DNA of 36,393 nt from Sulfurimonas sp. Lineage in GTDB: Bacteria > Campylobacterota > Campylobacteria > Campylobacterales > Sulfurimonadaceae. The position numbers and the translations under genes were made by a program. The stretch is taken from the NCBI GenBank assembly GCA_027066935.1, contig JAMOMX010000274.1, positions 1 to 36,393 on the forward strand, written 5' to 3'. Positions within the stretch are counted from its first letter, which is position 1; each line of letters starts with the position of its first letter. This document shows positions 6,950-17,030 of this stretch, piece by piece. The notes beneath the pieces were generated by a model. It was given only the letters and a program-made list of their open reading frames with translations, searched no databases and had not been told where the DNA came from.

Positions 6950-8182
6950 GTGGCAATATCACAGGAATTTGCACCTCCATTTAAGCTAATAGCACCATAT
7001 TTTATAATTGGGGTTATAGTTTATGTTTTTAGTGTCTTTTTTCTTTTTAGTTTTGACATAACAACCATTTCACATCTAGATAGTTCTGTACTTTCATGGA
7101 TACATTTTTTGTTGCTTGGATTTGTTATGATGATAATTTTTGGAGCAATGGCACAGTTAGTACCTGTTGTTCTTGAAGTTGGACACTTTGCGGTTGAGCT
7201 ATATTATATCATATACCCATTACTCTTTATTGGAACAATTTTGATGGTTGGAGGATTTGGTTTTTTACCACAACTTTTACCATATGGTGGCGTTGTTGTC
7301 CTTATCTCTCTTATGATTTTTATATTTGAGACTTTTATGACTATAAAAAGAGTTAAAAAATTCAACCTTGTTATGACTAGCGTAGCATTAGCAAATGGTT
7401 TTTTGTTTTTTGGTTTAATTTTTGGTTTAATTATGGCATTAGGGTATGCCGGTATTGTCAGTGTTGATATATCATCGTTTTTAAAAGCACATATATATTT
7501 AGTATTTGTGGGTTATGTTGGTATTACAATTATGGGTATGAGCATGGTTTTAATTCCTATGTTCTGGCTTTCACACAGTTTTTCGTGGAAGAGTGTAACT
7601 TATGCTCTTTGGCTAATTAGCTTGGGTGTTGTAAGTATCTCATTTTCAAGTATATTTGATAGTATATATTTAGAGTATATTGGATATATTTTGACATTGG
7701 TTGCACTGTTTTTATATTTTTACCAAGTATTTGTTATCTATAAAACAAGAGTAAGAGTTGAAAATGATATATATCTTAGAAGTATGGTATTTTCATATAT
7801 AACTATATTTATATCTTTAGTTATGGGGGTTTTATATCTGTTTAGTGAATCTCAAACCTTACTTTTAGCGATAGGGTGGCTAGTTATATTTGGATATATA
7901 ACTTTTATAATAAATGGGCATCTATACAAAATAGTTCCTTTTTTGGTTTGGTTTGAAAGATTTTCCCCACTAGTAGGAAAAGAAGAGGTTCCAATGCTTA
8001 ATGATATGCTTCCAAATAGAAGTGCATCTTTACAGTTTATATTTTCAGCATCTGGTGTTGTTCTTGGGTTTGTAAGTATTTTGATACAAAATAACGAACT
8101 ATTTCATGCAGGTGTTAGCTTTTTATTTATGGGAAGTGTATTTATTTTAAAAGATTTAATTTATATGATAAGGTTTAAATGA
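6950..8182 (+). CDS. Multipass membrane protein (about 12 TM) with repeated His-containing helices, NnrS/heme-copper-oxidase-subunit-I-like architecture
   Basis: Three related segments: WIHFLLLGF..G...QLVP, AHIYLVFVGY..G...LIP, IGWLVIFGY..GHLYKIVP. Confidence 0.65.
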   Translation: MAISQEFAPPFKLIAPYFIIGVIVYVFSVFFLFSFDITTISHLDSSVLSWIHFLLLGFVMMIIFGAMAQLVPVVLEVGHFAVELYYIIYPLLFIGTILMVGGFGFLPQLLPYGGVVVLISLMIFIFETFMTIKRVKKFNLVMTSVALANGFLFFGLIFGLIMALGYAGIVSVDISSFLKAHIYLVFVGYVGITIMGMSMVLIPMFWLSHSFSWKSVTYALWLISLGVVSISFSSIFDSIYLEYIGYILTLVALFLYFYQVFVIYKTRVRVENDIYLRSMVFSYITIFISLVMGVLYLFSESQTLLLAIGWLVIFGYITFIINGHLYKIVPFLVWFERFSPLVGKEEVPMLNDMLPNRSASLQFIFSASGVVLGFVSILIQNNELFHAGVSFLFMGSVFILKDLIYMIRFK

Positions 8183-8520
8183 TGTATACAAAAGAGGAAA
8201 TTTTTAAAGCAATCTCAACTGTAAAGGACCCAGAAGTTGGATTTAACTTAGTTGAGATGGGACTTATCTATGATGGAGTTTGTGATGAAAATAATCTAGT
8301 TAAGGTTACAATGACTCTAAGCACAAAAGCATGTCCACTTCATCAGATGATTGTTCAATGGGTTAAAGAAGCAGTTATTCGAGAGTTAGAGGATGTGCAA
8401 GAAGCGGAGGTTGAAGTGGTATGGGAGCCAGAGTGGAATATCACAATGGCTGATGATAGTGTAAAAGAGAAGCTTGGTGGGAAAATGGGCAAACCAGAAA
8501 AAACTGATATATGGTTTTAA
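8179..8520 (+). CDS. DUF59 (SufT/PaaD-like) metal-sulfur cluster assembly factor
   Basis: VKDPEVGFNLVEMGLIY, MTLSTKACPL, VVWEPEW motifs. Confidence 0.9.
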   Translation: MMYTKEEIFKAISTVKDPEVGFNLVEMGLIYDGVCDENNLVKVTMTLSTKACPLHQMIVQWVKEAVIRELEDVQEAEVEVVWEPEWNITMADDSVKEKLGGKMGKPEKTDIWF

Positions 8521-8540
8521 CCCAGATTATATATAAAAAG

Positions 8541-8975
8541 TTACAGTCCCAAATTTCTTAAATTTTCTAAAGAATATATATCTTCGTAAGATTTAGCTTT
8601 TTTAATAGGACTTGAAGATGGCTTGTTTGGTTGTTTAACAACTTTTGTAACATTTGTATCTTTTGCTATTATAATAGCGTGCTTTTTGACATATTTTTTT
8701 ACAGCTTCATCATCCATCTTTACATAAGTTTCATAATCTACAATACAACCACCACGCATTTCAGCGTACTTTTGTGCTACCTCTTTGTTTTTAAAAGCCC
8801 AACTTTTTTTCATAGACCCGTATTTATCATTGCCTAAAATAAAAAATGCTTCTTTTGCATTTATAAAAGCCAAACTATTAAGATCAACTACTTTATTTGG
8901 TATATCTCTAACATATTCTTTTTGTGTTGCAAAAATAGAGATAGTTAATAAAACTATAATTAGTACTGTTTTCAT
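8541..8975 (-). CDS. Exported protein with a partial NosL-like domain
   Basis: Signal peptide; INAKEAFFILGNDKYGSM..AFKNKEVAQKYAEMRGGCIVDY matches the C-terminal half of NosL-family proteins; no CxxCGM. Confidence 0.6.
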   Translation of the reverse strand: MKTVLIIVLLTISIFATQKEYVRDIPNKVVDLNSLAFINAKEAFFILGNDKYGSMKKSWAFKNKEVAQKYAEMRGGCIVDYETYVKMDDEAVKKYVKKHAIIIAKDTNVTKVVKQPNKPSSSPIKKAKSYEDIYSLENLRNLGL

Positions 8976-9108
8976 AATATATATAATCCATATTTTAGAA
9001 TTTAATTAGTTTGAATGATAACGTTTTAATCATTTAATTAAACTAAATTCAAAATCTAGGTTGTGCAAAAAGTCTGATAAATAGTTACTAAAAAGTAAAT
9101 TAAGATTT

Positions 9109-9117
9109 TGGTACAAT
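9109..9117 (+). promoter_or_regulatory. Extended -10 promoter of the efflux operon, implying a near-leaderless first ORF
   Basis: TGGTACAAT ends 8 nt before ATG 9126; no Shine-Dalgarno in between. Confidence 0.6.
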
Positions 9118-9125
9118 GGTAATAC

Positions 9126-9425
9126 ATGAAAAATTTTAAAAACAAAATCTTATCGGTTTTATTGTTATCATTTTCAATTTTAATTGTACACGACTATATA
9201 ATAGTAGATACAAATACTAATTATGAATCATCTTATGTAGAGTCTAGTCAAAAGACTGTAGATTCTATATCTTTAGTTCATAGCCAAATTCATCTGTCAA
9301 TGGATATGCCTTTAGTTGAAATTGTTTATATAGATGCTCCATCTTATAGTAAAAAAATATTTGACTATAAGATAGGTAGCACCTCTTATATTCATTCAGT
9401 TTTACAACGCCCACCACTAAGCTAA
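9126..9425 (+). CDS. Small exported/membrane-anchored leader protein, CzcI/DUF2946-like architecture
   Basis: N-terminal hydrophobic segment ending VHD, central HSQIH, C-terminal LQRPPLS; first gene of a metal efflux operon. Confidence 0.65.
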   Translation: MKNFKNKILSVLLLSFSILIVHDYIIVDTNTNYESSYVESSQKTVDSISLVHSQIHLSMDMPLVEIVYIDAPSYSKKIFDYKIGSTSYIHSVLQRPPLS

Positions 9426-9483
9426 ACAAACTTACACTAACCAATTAATTATAAATACAACCATATTAAAACATAGGAAAATA

Positions 9484-10683
9484 ATGAAAACAATAGCATT
9501 ATTTACCCTTTTATTAGCACTAAATCTAAATGCTCAAAATTTAGAAGAGATTTTAGGTGCATTAAAAGAGAGTAAAAAAGTAAAAGTTATACTAGAAAAA
9601 ACTAAGTCCGAGATAGCTCAAAATGAGATGAGCACATCATATGAAGCCCCAGAGTTGGGGCTTGGTGTAGCGCAAATCGAGGATAGTGTTGAAAATGGGG
9701 TAGAATATTCTATAGAGTTTACTCAAAATATTTTACATCCATTTTCATCTTCTAAAAAACAAAAAGGTATAGATCTCTTAGGAGCGTCTATAAATCAAGA
9801 GTTAAAACATAAGATACATGTTTTAGAGCTAGACGCAATCTTAAGATATCATAAAACTTGTGTATCAAAAGAGATGCAAGAAAAAGCAGAGGTGCTTTAT
9901 GCAAAGCAAAACAATAGATATCAACAGATTAAAAAAGCATATGATTTAGGGGAAATATCTAAGAAAAACTTGCTTTTTAATAAGTTGGATTTACTAAAGC
10001 TAAAACAAAGACAAAGTGGATATAAAAATATCTATTTAATGGAACTTTTAAACTTGCAAGAGGCTATAGACAACTTAAGTATAACATCTGTCTCTTGTAA
10101 TGATCTGTTTGAGCTTAAAGAAGATATAGAGCTTTTCAACATTAGTGAACATAGTGAGCTAAAGAAGGTTGAGTATCAAAAACGCTCAACAAGAGCTTTG
10201 TATGATGTTTATGATTCTACTTTCCAGTCTATTGGTTATGGTGTAGGGTTTGAGCAAGAGTTAGATGCGCAAAGATTTAGTATAAGTTTAAATATACCAC
10301 TAAATTCTTTAAGTTCACAAAATGAAAAACAAAAAGCACAGTATTTACACATGAATTCAGCATATAATGTAGAAAAAGATTCACTTCAAAAGCAGATAGA
10401 ATCAAGAACTAACCTTTTGCAGCTAAATGTAAAATCACTTTATAATAGGTACTCAACACTCTATACAGAGATACTTCCTCTTAATTTAGAGTTGGCAAAT
10501 TTATCTAAATTAGCTTATTCTGAAGGTGAGGGAACAATTATGGAGTACCTAGATGCTACTCGTTCATATTCAGAAAATCTTTTAGAGATGTTGGAGATTA
10601 AGAAAAATTATTATGTAGAGCTATTTAAGCTTTATAAAGAAGCAGATATAAAATTAGGAGAAAATTATGATAAAAATCATTAG
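9484..10683 (+). CDS. TolC-family outer membrane efflux protein (CzcC-like)
   Basis: Signal peptide, AYDLGEIS and AYSEGEGTIMEYLDA repeats, operon position. Confidence 0.85.
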   Translation: MKTIALFTLLLALNLNAQNLEEILGALKESKKVKVILEKTKSEIAQNEMSTSYEAPELGLGVAQIEDSVENGVEYSIEFTQNILHPFSSSKKQKGIDLLGASINQELKHKIHVLELDAILRYHKTCVSKEMQEKAEVLYAKQNNRYQQIKKAYDLGEISKKNLLFNKLDLLKLKQRQSGYKNIYLMELLNLQEAIDNLSITSVSCNDLFELKEDIELFNISEHSELKKVEYQKRSTRALYDVYDSTFQSIGYGVGFEQELDAQRFSISLNIPLNSLSSQNEKQKAQYLHMNSAYNVEKDSLQKQIESRTNLLQLNVKSLYNRYSTLYTEILPLNLELANLSKLAYSEGEGTIMEYLDATRSYSENLLEMLEIKKNYYVELFKLYKEADIKLGENYDKNH

Positions 10684-11722
10684 TATTATCGTATTGTCGA
10701 TAACGGTTTACGGAGCACAATTAATAGAGATTTCAAAAAAACAACAAAATGATTTGGGCGTAAGAACTGCAAAAGTAATTAGTGCAAGTTCTACATCATT
10801 TGGACCATATAACGGCATAGTCATTTTAGACAAAAAAGATGTTATATCAATAAGTTCTAACATAGACTCCACAATAGACAATATCCATGTTAGTAAGCTT
10901 CAACATATTAAAAAAGGGCAAAAGCTTTTAACTCTTAAAAGTAATGCACTATTAAATCTTCAACGTGAATATATTCAAGCACTTATAGAGAATGATAATG
11001 TAAATAAAAATTATGATAGAAATTTAAAACTACAATCTGAGGGAATTATCTCCTCAAAAAGATTATTGGAATCTCAAAATAAAAAACAGAGTAGTGATTT
11101 TAGAGTTGAATTAACAAGACATCAACTCTTAACAAGTGGTTTTGATAAAGATATGTTAAATAAATTACAAACTACACATCAGCCAGTAGTTGAAAAAACA
11201 ATTTATGCACCAAAAAATGCGATTGTATATGCGATAGATGTAAATATTGGTGAATATATTCAAGCAGAACATGGGATGATGACCATCTATGCAGATGGAA
11301 AAAGATTTATTGAGGTGAGTGTCCCTGTTGATGTTGTAGAAAATATCTCTATAGGTGATTTGTGTAGTTTTGGTAAATATAATGCAAAAGTTAGCATGAT
11401 AGGAAACATTGTAAATTCTGCTTCACAATCAGTTCAAGTGCGAGCTCAAATAGCTAATGCAAAAGATATTTTGATCAATCGTGTATATGGTGTAAAAATT
11501 GCAAAAAATATAAAAAATGCTTATATAGTTAAAAAAAGTGCTTTAGTTTTTGAGGGAAAAAATTCTTATGTATTTAAAGAGGCTTCTAGTGGATTTGAAG
11601 TTGTAAAAGCACAAATAATCAGCGAAGAGAATGATAACTATGTAATCAAAGCTAATCTAAGTACAACCAACAAGCTAGCCATTAGCTCAACTTCAGCACT
11701 TCTTAGTGCTATGGAGGAGTAA
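10667..11722 (+). CDS. RND periplasmic adaptor subunit (CzcB/CusB-like)
   Basis: IKKGQKLLTLKS and IYAPKNAIV lipoyl halves flanking a coiled coil. Confidence 0.9.
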   Translation: MIKIISIIVLSITVYGAQLIEISKKQQNDLGVRTAKVISASSTSFGPYNGIVILDKKDVISISSNIDSTIDNIHVSKLQHIKKGQKLLTLKSNALLNLQREYIQALIENDNVNKNYDRNLKLQSEGIISSKRLLESQNKKQSSDFRVELTRHQLLTSGFDKDMLNKLQTTHQPVVEKTIYAPKNAIVYAIDVNIGEYIQAEHGMMTIYADGKRFIEVSVPVDVVENISIGDLCSFGKYNAKVSMIGNIVNSASQSVQVRAQIANAKDILINRVYGVKIAKNIKNAYIVKKSALVFEGKNSYVFKEASSGFEVVKAQIISEENDNYVIKANLSTTNKLAISSTSALLSAMEE

Positions 11723-11723
11723 G

Positions 11724-14700
11724 ATGAGTGAAAAAATAGTAGGCTTTGCACTTTCGCAAAGATTTCTTATTCTTTTACTTGCGGCAACAGTATTCTTTTT
11801 TGGAGCTTCATCTATGATGAAGTTACCAGTAGATGCTTATCCAGATGTTGCTCCTACACAAGTAAAACTTATCTTAAAATCCCCAGGAATGACACCAGCT
11901 GAGATGGAGTCTCGTGTAACAATTCCAATTGAGCAGAATCTCCAAAGCATTCCTCAACAAACTATAGTTCGCTCTTTATCAAAGTATGGTCTATGTGACA
12001 TTACAATTGATTTTGAAGATGGTGTTGATATCTATTGGGCTAGACAACAAGTTGCACAAAGATTAAGTGAAGTTAAAGCAGACTTACCTGCAAATGTTAG
12101 TGGTGGACTTGCTCCAATCACTACTCCACTTGGTGAAGTTTTGATGTTTACTATAGAGTCAGATACTTTGAGTTTGATGCAAAAAAGAACTTTGCTTGAT
12201 TGGGTTATAAATAGGCGTATTCGTGCAATTGATGGGGTTGCAGATACCAACGCTCTTGGTGGCTATGTTAAAACTTATGAGATTGTTCCAAATTTTGCAA
12301 AAATGAAACAGTATAGTGTTAGCATGAGTATGATAAAAGAAACACTTTCAAAAAACAACCAAAATGATGGAATAGGGCGTTTGTCATTAGGTGAGCAGTC
12401 TCTTTTTATACGCTCAGAGGGTCGACTTAAAAACTTAAACGATATTTCAAAGCTTATCATAAAACATGAAGGTGGAAGAAATATACGAATATCTGATGTT
12501 TCTACAGTTCAAATAGGTTCACTTACTCGTGCTGGATTTGTTACAAAAGATGGTGAAAGTGAAGCTGTTCAAGGTTTAGTTTTATCAAGAAAAGGTGTTG
12601 ATACATCGGGAGTTTTAAAAAGAGTAAAAGCCGAGCTTGCAAAGATTGAAAAAGATCTGCCAGATGGAACAAGCATAAATATTTTTTATGATAGAAGTGA
12701 TTTGGTTTCAAAAGCGATCTCTACAGTTTCAAATGCACTTTTAGAAGCTTCGGTTCTTATTATCATAGTGCTGTTTTTATTTTTGGGAAGTCTTAGATCT
12801 GCATTTAGTGTTGCAATTATCTTACCATTTTCAGCGATGATGACATTTATCGCCATGAGTTACTTTGGGATAAGTGCAAACCTTATGAGTTTGGGTGGTT
12901 TAGCAATAGCCGTGGGGATACTCGTAGATGCTGGTGTTGTTATGGTTGAAAATATTGGTTCATACTTAGATGATGAGAAATATAAAAATGAAAATAAATT
13001 AAAACTGGTTTTAAAAGCTTCACAAGAGGTAGCAACACCTGTATTTACTGGAATTTTAATCATTATAATTTTATTTTTGCCACTTCTAACTTTAGAGGGG
13101 TTAGAGGGAAGACTGTTTGTTCCAGTTGCTCTTAGTATAGTTTTTGCACTTACATCATCACTGATATTAGCACTTACATTTATCCCTATAGTTAGTTATT
13201 ATGTATTAAAACATGCGCCACATCCAAATGTTAAATTTATTGTATTTTTAGAGAAAAAATATGCGAGTGTTTTAAAGTTTGTATTGGTAAATCAAAAAAT
13301 TGTTTTCATCACAGCAGGTGTTTTATGGATGTTAGCAGTTGGAGCATATACTCAGGTTGGTAAAACATTTATGCCAGAGCTTGATGAGGGTAATGTGATA
13401 ATAGGGATAGAGAAAAACCCATCTATCTCACTTGAAGCAAGTAAAGAGATAGACCTTAAAATTCAACAAACACTTATGCGTGAGGTTCCCGAAATTGTCT
13501 CAATTGTTGCTCGTGGTGGTAGTGATGAGATTGGACTTGATCCGATGGGGCTTAATGATACAGACACCTTTTTAGTTTTAAAGCCAAAAGATGAGTGGCG
13601 TGTTCCATCAACCCCATGGTTACTTGATAGATTTAGAGAGGTTTTAGATGAGTTTGTTGGGATTGAGTATGGATTTACTCAACCAATCGCTATGCGTATC
13701 TCAGAGATGCTAAGTGGTTCTCGTGGTGATATAGTTGTAAATATCTATGGTGAAGATGCAAAAAAACTTGAATCAATTGCAAAAGAGATATATAAAATTG
13801 CAAAAGATACAGAGGGAAGTAGTGATGTATATAAAAAAGCAAATGAGGGTGTAGCATACTGGGAAATAGAGTTTAAAGATGAAGCTCTTGCTCGTTATGG
13901 AGTTAACAGAAGTGAACTTTCACTTTATATGCAAAGTGCTATCAATGGGACGCAAGAGGGTATTATTCAAGAGGAGTTAAGACGAATTCCGCTTATGATA
14001 AAAGGCTCACAAGCTATGCAAACAAGTATGAGCAAGAGTGTTGACTTGCAGTATATTTTAGCTGATGGAACAAGTGTTGGAATCAGTGAGCTTGTTGAGT
14101 TTAAAATGACATTAGGACCTGTTCAAATTGATCATGAAAACGGAATGAGAAAATCTTTAGTTCAAACAAATGTTGTTGGTAGAGATTTGGTTGGATTTGT
14201 AGATGAGTTAAGTGCAAAAATAGATGAAGAGATAGAGTTACCACAAGGCTATTTTGTAGAGTATGCTGGTGAGTATAAAAATCAACAGCGTGCAGCTGCA
14301 AAATTATCTTTTATTATCCCATTAAGTATTGGTATAGTTTTCATATTACTTGTTATGACATTTAAGTCATCTTTACAAGCATTTTTAGTTCTGATGAATA
14401 TTCCATTCGCCCTAATTGGTGGTGTTTTTGGACTTTATATAACGGGAGAATACTTAAGTGTTCCTGCAACAGTTGGGTTCATTGCTCTTATGGGTATTGC
14501 CGTTTTAAATGGGGTCGTGATGCTCAACTACTTTAATGATTTAAAAGGAAAGGTAACTGATTCTTTAGAGCTTGTGATTTTAGGAGCAACAAGGAGACTT
14601 CGCCCTGTTCTTATGACAGCCTGTATTGCGGCACTTGGTCTTTTACCTATGCTTTTTGCAACTGGACCAGGCTCTGAGATACAACAACCTTTAGCGATTG

Positions 14701-14801
14701 TAATTATTACAGGTCTTGTATCATCTACATTTTTAACTCTTGTTTTACTTCCTATTTTATATCATAGGTTTGTTTTAAAAAGTGCTAAAGATAAAGAGTA
14801 G
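11724..14801 (+). CDS. czcA: CzcA/CusA-family heavy-metal efflux RND permease
   Basis: LPVDAYPDVAPTQV, ANLMSLGGLAIAVGILVDAGVVMVEN, RLRPVLMTA; start set at ATG 11724 behind GGAGGAG. Confidence 0.9.
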   Translation: MSEKIVGFALSQRFLILLLAATVFFFGASSMMKLPVDAYPDVAPTQVKLILKSPGMTPAEMESRVTIPIEQNLQSIPQQTIVRSLSKYGLCDITIDFEDGVDIYWARQQVAQRLSEVKADLPANVSGGLAPITTPLGEVLMFTIESDTLSLMQKRTLLDWVINRRIRAIDGVADTNALGGYVKTYEIVPNFAKMKQYSVSMSMIKETLSKNNQNDGIGRLSLGEQSLFIRSEGRLKNLNDISKLIIKHEGGRNIRISDVSTVQIGSLTRAGFVTKDGESEAVQGLVLSRKGVDTSGVLKRVKAELAKIEKDLPDGTSINIFYDRSDLVSKAISTVSNALLEASVLIIIVLFLFLGSLRSAFSVAIILPFSAMMTFIAMSYFGISANLMSLGGLAIAVGILVDAGVVMVENIGSYLDDEKYKNENKLKLVLKASQEVATPVFTGILIIIILFLPLLTLEGLEGRLFVPVALSIVFALTSSLILALTFIPIVSYYVLKHAPHPNVKFIVFLEKKYASVLKFVLVNQKIVFITAGVLWMLAVGAYTQVGKTFMPELDEGNVIIGIEKNPSISLEASKEIDLKIQQTLMREVPEIVSIVARGGSDEIGLDPMGLNDTDTFLVLKPKDEWRVPSTPWLLDRFREVLDEFVGIEYGFTQPIAMRISEMLSGSRGDIVVNIYGEDAKKLESIAKEIYKIAKDTEGSSDVYKKANEGVAYWEIEFKDEALARYGVNRSELSLYMQSAINGTQEGIIQEELRRIPLMIKGSQAMQTSMSKSVDLQYILADGTSVGISELVEFKMTLGPVQIDHENGMRKSLVQTNVVGRDLVGFVDELSAKIDEEIELPQGYFVEYAGEYKNQQRAAAKLSFIIPLSIGIVFILLVMTFKSSLQAFLVLMNIPFALIGGVFGLYITGEYLSVPATVGFIALMGIAVLNGVVMLNYFNDLKGKVTDSLELVILGATRRLRPVLMTACIAALGLLPMLFATGPGSEIQQPLAIVIITGLVSSTFLTLVLLPILYHRFVLKSAKDKE

Positions 14802-14810
14802 ATATTATAT

Positions 14811-14847
14811 ATTTTTAGAAAAGTAAAAATTTAACTTTTCTAAAAAT
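14811..14847 (+). terminator. Inverted repeat after czcA, probable terminator
   Basis: ATTTTTAGAAAAGT / ACTTTTCTAAAAAT 14-bp arms, 9-nt loop; AT-rich, no clear U tract. Confidence 0.5.
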
Positions 14848-15020
14848 AATCCGATTTATAGGCATGAAAAAATTATTACGCTATTTATTTAGAAAAAAAA
14901 GAACAAATGTTCATAAGGAATATTTAATTGATAATATTGCTTTTGGTATATTAAAATAGAATTTATTATTAGTGAGCATATAGAAGAAACAAAAAAAAGT
15001 TTAGTTGATTTGTAAAGTGA

Positions 15021-15047
15021 TAGACTCTAAACTTGATTTAGAGTCTA
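15021..15047. terminator. Stem-loop just downstream of typA, probable terminator
   Basis: TAGACTCTAAA-CTTGA-TTTAGAGTCTA. Confidence 0.6.
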
Positions 15048-15061
15048 ATAAAAAAGCTAGA

Positions 15062-16864
15062 TTATTTTCTAGAGTTTCTTTTTCTTTCATTTTCAGTCAA
15101 GAATTTTTTACGAATACGGATAGATTTAGGAGTTACTTCAAGAAGTTCATCATCTTCAATCCACTCTAATGCACGCTCTAATGACATATTTCTAAATGGA
15201 ACAAGCTTGATAGCTTCATCAGCACCAGATGAGCGAACATTTGATTGTGCTTTACCTTTAATAGGGTTAACAACTAAATCGTTTGAGCGAGAGTGCTCAC
15301 CAATAATCATACCCTCATAAACACCAGTTTGAACACCAATGAAAAGAACACCACGATCTTGAATACTAAATAGTGAAAATGCTAAAGTAGAGCCAGATGT
15401 CATAGAGATAAGAGCACCATAACTCCTAGATTCAACAGCACCGCTAAATGGACGAAACTCTAAAAATGAATGATTCATAACACCCTCACCCTTAGTATCT
15501 GTTAAGAACTGTCCACGAAAACCAATTAATGCACGAGCAGGAATCTCAAACTCAATTCTTTGAAAACCTTGACCCATTGGTAACATTGATTTCATCTCAG
15601 CTTTTCTTTTGCCAAGACGCTCAATTACAGTACCGCTTAAATCTTCAGGAACATCAATAACTAAATGCTCAAATGGCTCACACTTAACACCCTCTATCTC
15701 TTTAACAATAACCTCTGGGCGAGAGATACTAAACTCATAATCTTCACGACGCATATTTTCAGCCAAAATTGTGATTTGAAGTTCACCACGACCTGAAACT
15801 TTAAATTTACCCTCACCAACAGTCTCTAGTTTCATAGCAACATTTGTTACCATTTCAGACTCAAGACGCTCACGAAGTTTGTTTGAAGTAACATGTTTAC
15901 CCTCTTGACCAGCAAGTGGAGAATCGTTTACAGCAAATACAACTGTTAGAGTTGGCTCTTCAATGTGCATAGGGTCTAGTGCAACAGGGTTAACAGGGTC
16001 GGCAATTGTATCACCAACATCAACAGTCTCCATACCAGCAAAAGCAACAATATCACCAGCTTCAGCTTGCTCTATCTCCATACGGTTAAGACCATGAAAA
16101 CCAATCAATTTAGAGATTTTACCCTTAACCATTTCGCCATCAGCTTTTGCAAGCATGATATTATCACCTTTTTTTACACTACCATTAAATATACGGCTAA
16201 TTCCAATTTTACCAACATAGTTATCGTAATCAAGTGTAAAAACTTGTGCTTGGAGAAAATTATCAGCAGAACCCTCAGGTTCAGGTACATCGTTAACAAT
16301 TGCTTCAAATATACATGTAAAATCACCATCTTCATCATCCATATCTAGCTTAGCCATACCATCACGAGCAGCAGCATAGATAATTGGAAAATCTTGTTGC
16401 TCATCAGTAGCACCCATATCTGCAAAAAGGTCAAACATCTCATCAACAACACGATCTGGATCAGCAGAATCTTTATCGATTTTGTTAATTACTACAATTG
16501 GTTTTTTACCAAGTGCAAGCATCTTTTTAACAACAAACTTAGTTTGAGGCATAACACCCTCATAAGCATCAACAAGTACTAAAACACCATCAACCATCTT
16601 AAGAACACGCTCAACTTCTCCACCAAAGTCAGCGTGACCTGGAGTGTCAATAATATTGATTTTATAATCTTTATAACGAATAGCTGTATTTTTAGAAAGA
16701 ATTGTAATCCCTCTTTCTTTTTCCAAATCATTGCTGTCCATAGCTCTTTCATCGTGTTGTTCATGAGAACCAAATGTACCAGACTGCTCTAGTAGTCCAT
16801 CTACCAATGTTGTTTTGCCGTGGTCAACGTGTGCAATAACGGCAATATTTCTAATCTTCTGCAT
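15062..16864 (-). CDS. typA: Translational GTPase TypA/BipA
   Basis: [55 protein letters not shown]. Confidence 0.98.
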   Translation of the reverse strand: MQKIRNIAVIAHVDHGKTTLVDGLLEQSGTFGSHEQHDERAMDSNDLEKERGITILSKNTAIRYKDYKINIIDTPGHADFGGEVERVLKMVDGVLVLVDAYEGVMPQTKFVVKKMLALGKKPIVVINKIDKDSADPDRVVDEMFDLFADMGATDEQQDFPIIYAAARDGMAKLDMDDEDGDFTCIFEAIVNDVPEPEGSADNFLQAQVFTLDYDNYVGKIGISRIFNGSVKKGDNIMLAKADGEMVKGKISKLIGFHGLNRMEIEQAEAGDIVAFAGMETVDVGDTIADPVNPVALDPMHIEEPTLTVVFAVNDSPLAGQEGKHVTSNKLRERLESEMVTNVAMKLETVGEGKFKVSGRGELQITILAENMRREDYEFSISRPEVIVKEIEGVKCEPFEHLVIDVPEDLSGTVIERLGKRKAEMKSMLPMGQGFQRIEFEIPARALIGFRGQFLTDTKGEGVMNHSFLEFRPFSGAVESRSYGALISMTSGSTLAFSLFSIQDRGVLFIGVQTGVYEGMIIGEHSRSNDLVVNPIKGKAQSNVRSSGADEAIKLVPFRNMSLERALEWIEDDELLEVTPKSIRIRKKFLTENERKRNSRK

Positions 16865-16931
16865 TAGGGGCTTCCTTATTTAAGTTTATACAATTTTATA
16901 ATTAATAAAACTTAGGGTAAAAATTTTCGCG

Positions 16932-16978
16932 ATTATACCCAAATAATAGTTATACCACTGTTAAACACATGATATAAT
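16932..16978. promoter_or_regulatory. Divergent sigma70 -10 boxes for typA and the nucleotidyltransferase
   Basis: GGGTATAAT on minus (16940-16932) and TGATATAAT on plus (16970-16978). Confidence 0.55.
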
Positions 16979-17030
16979 GTTATAGACGTCTCCAAGATGT
17001 GAATTAAGCAAGTGGGCTAAAAGTGATAAA

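Noticed and set aside
8631-9009. Two plus-strand ORFs (68 and 74 aa)
   Set aside because: Shadows antisense to the NosL-like gene
12032-14301. Four short minus-strand ORFs inside czcA
   Set aside because: Antisense shadows of a well-conserved gene
17005-17017. TAAGCAAGTGGGC resembling one arm of the 6548-6583 palindrome
   Set aside because: Single imperfect arm with no partner; could be chance
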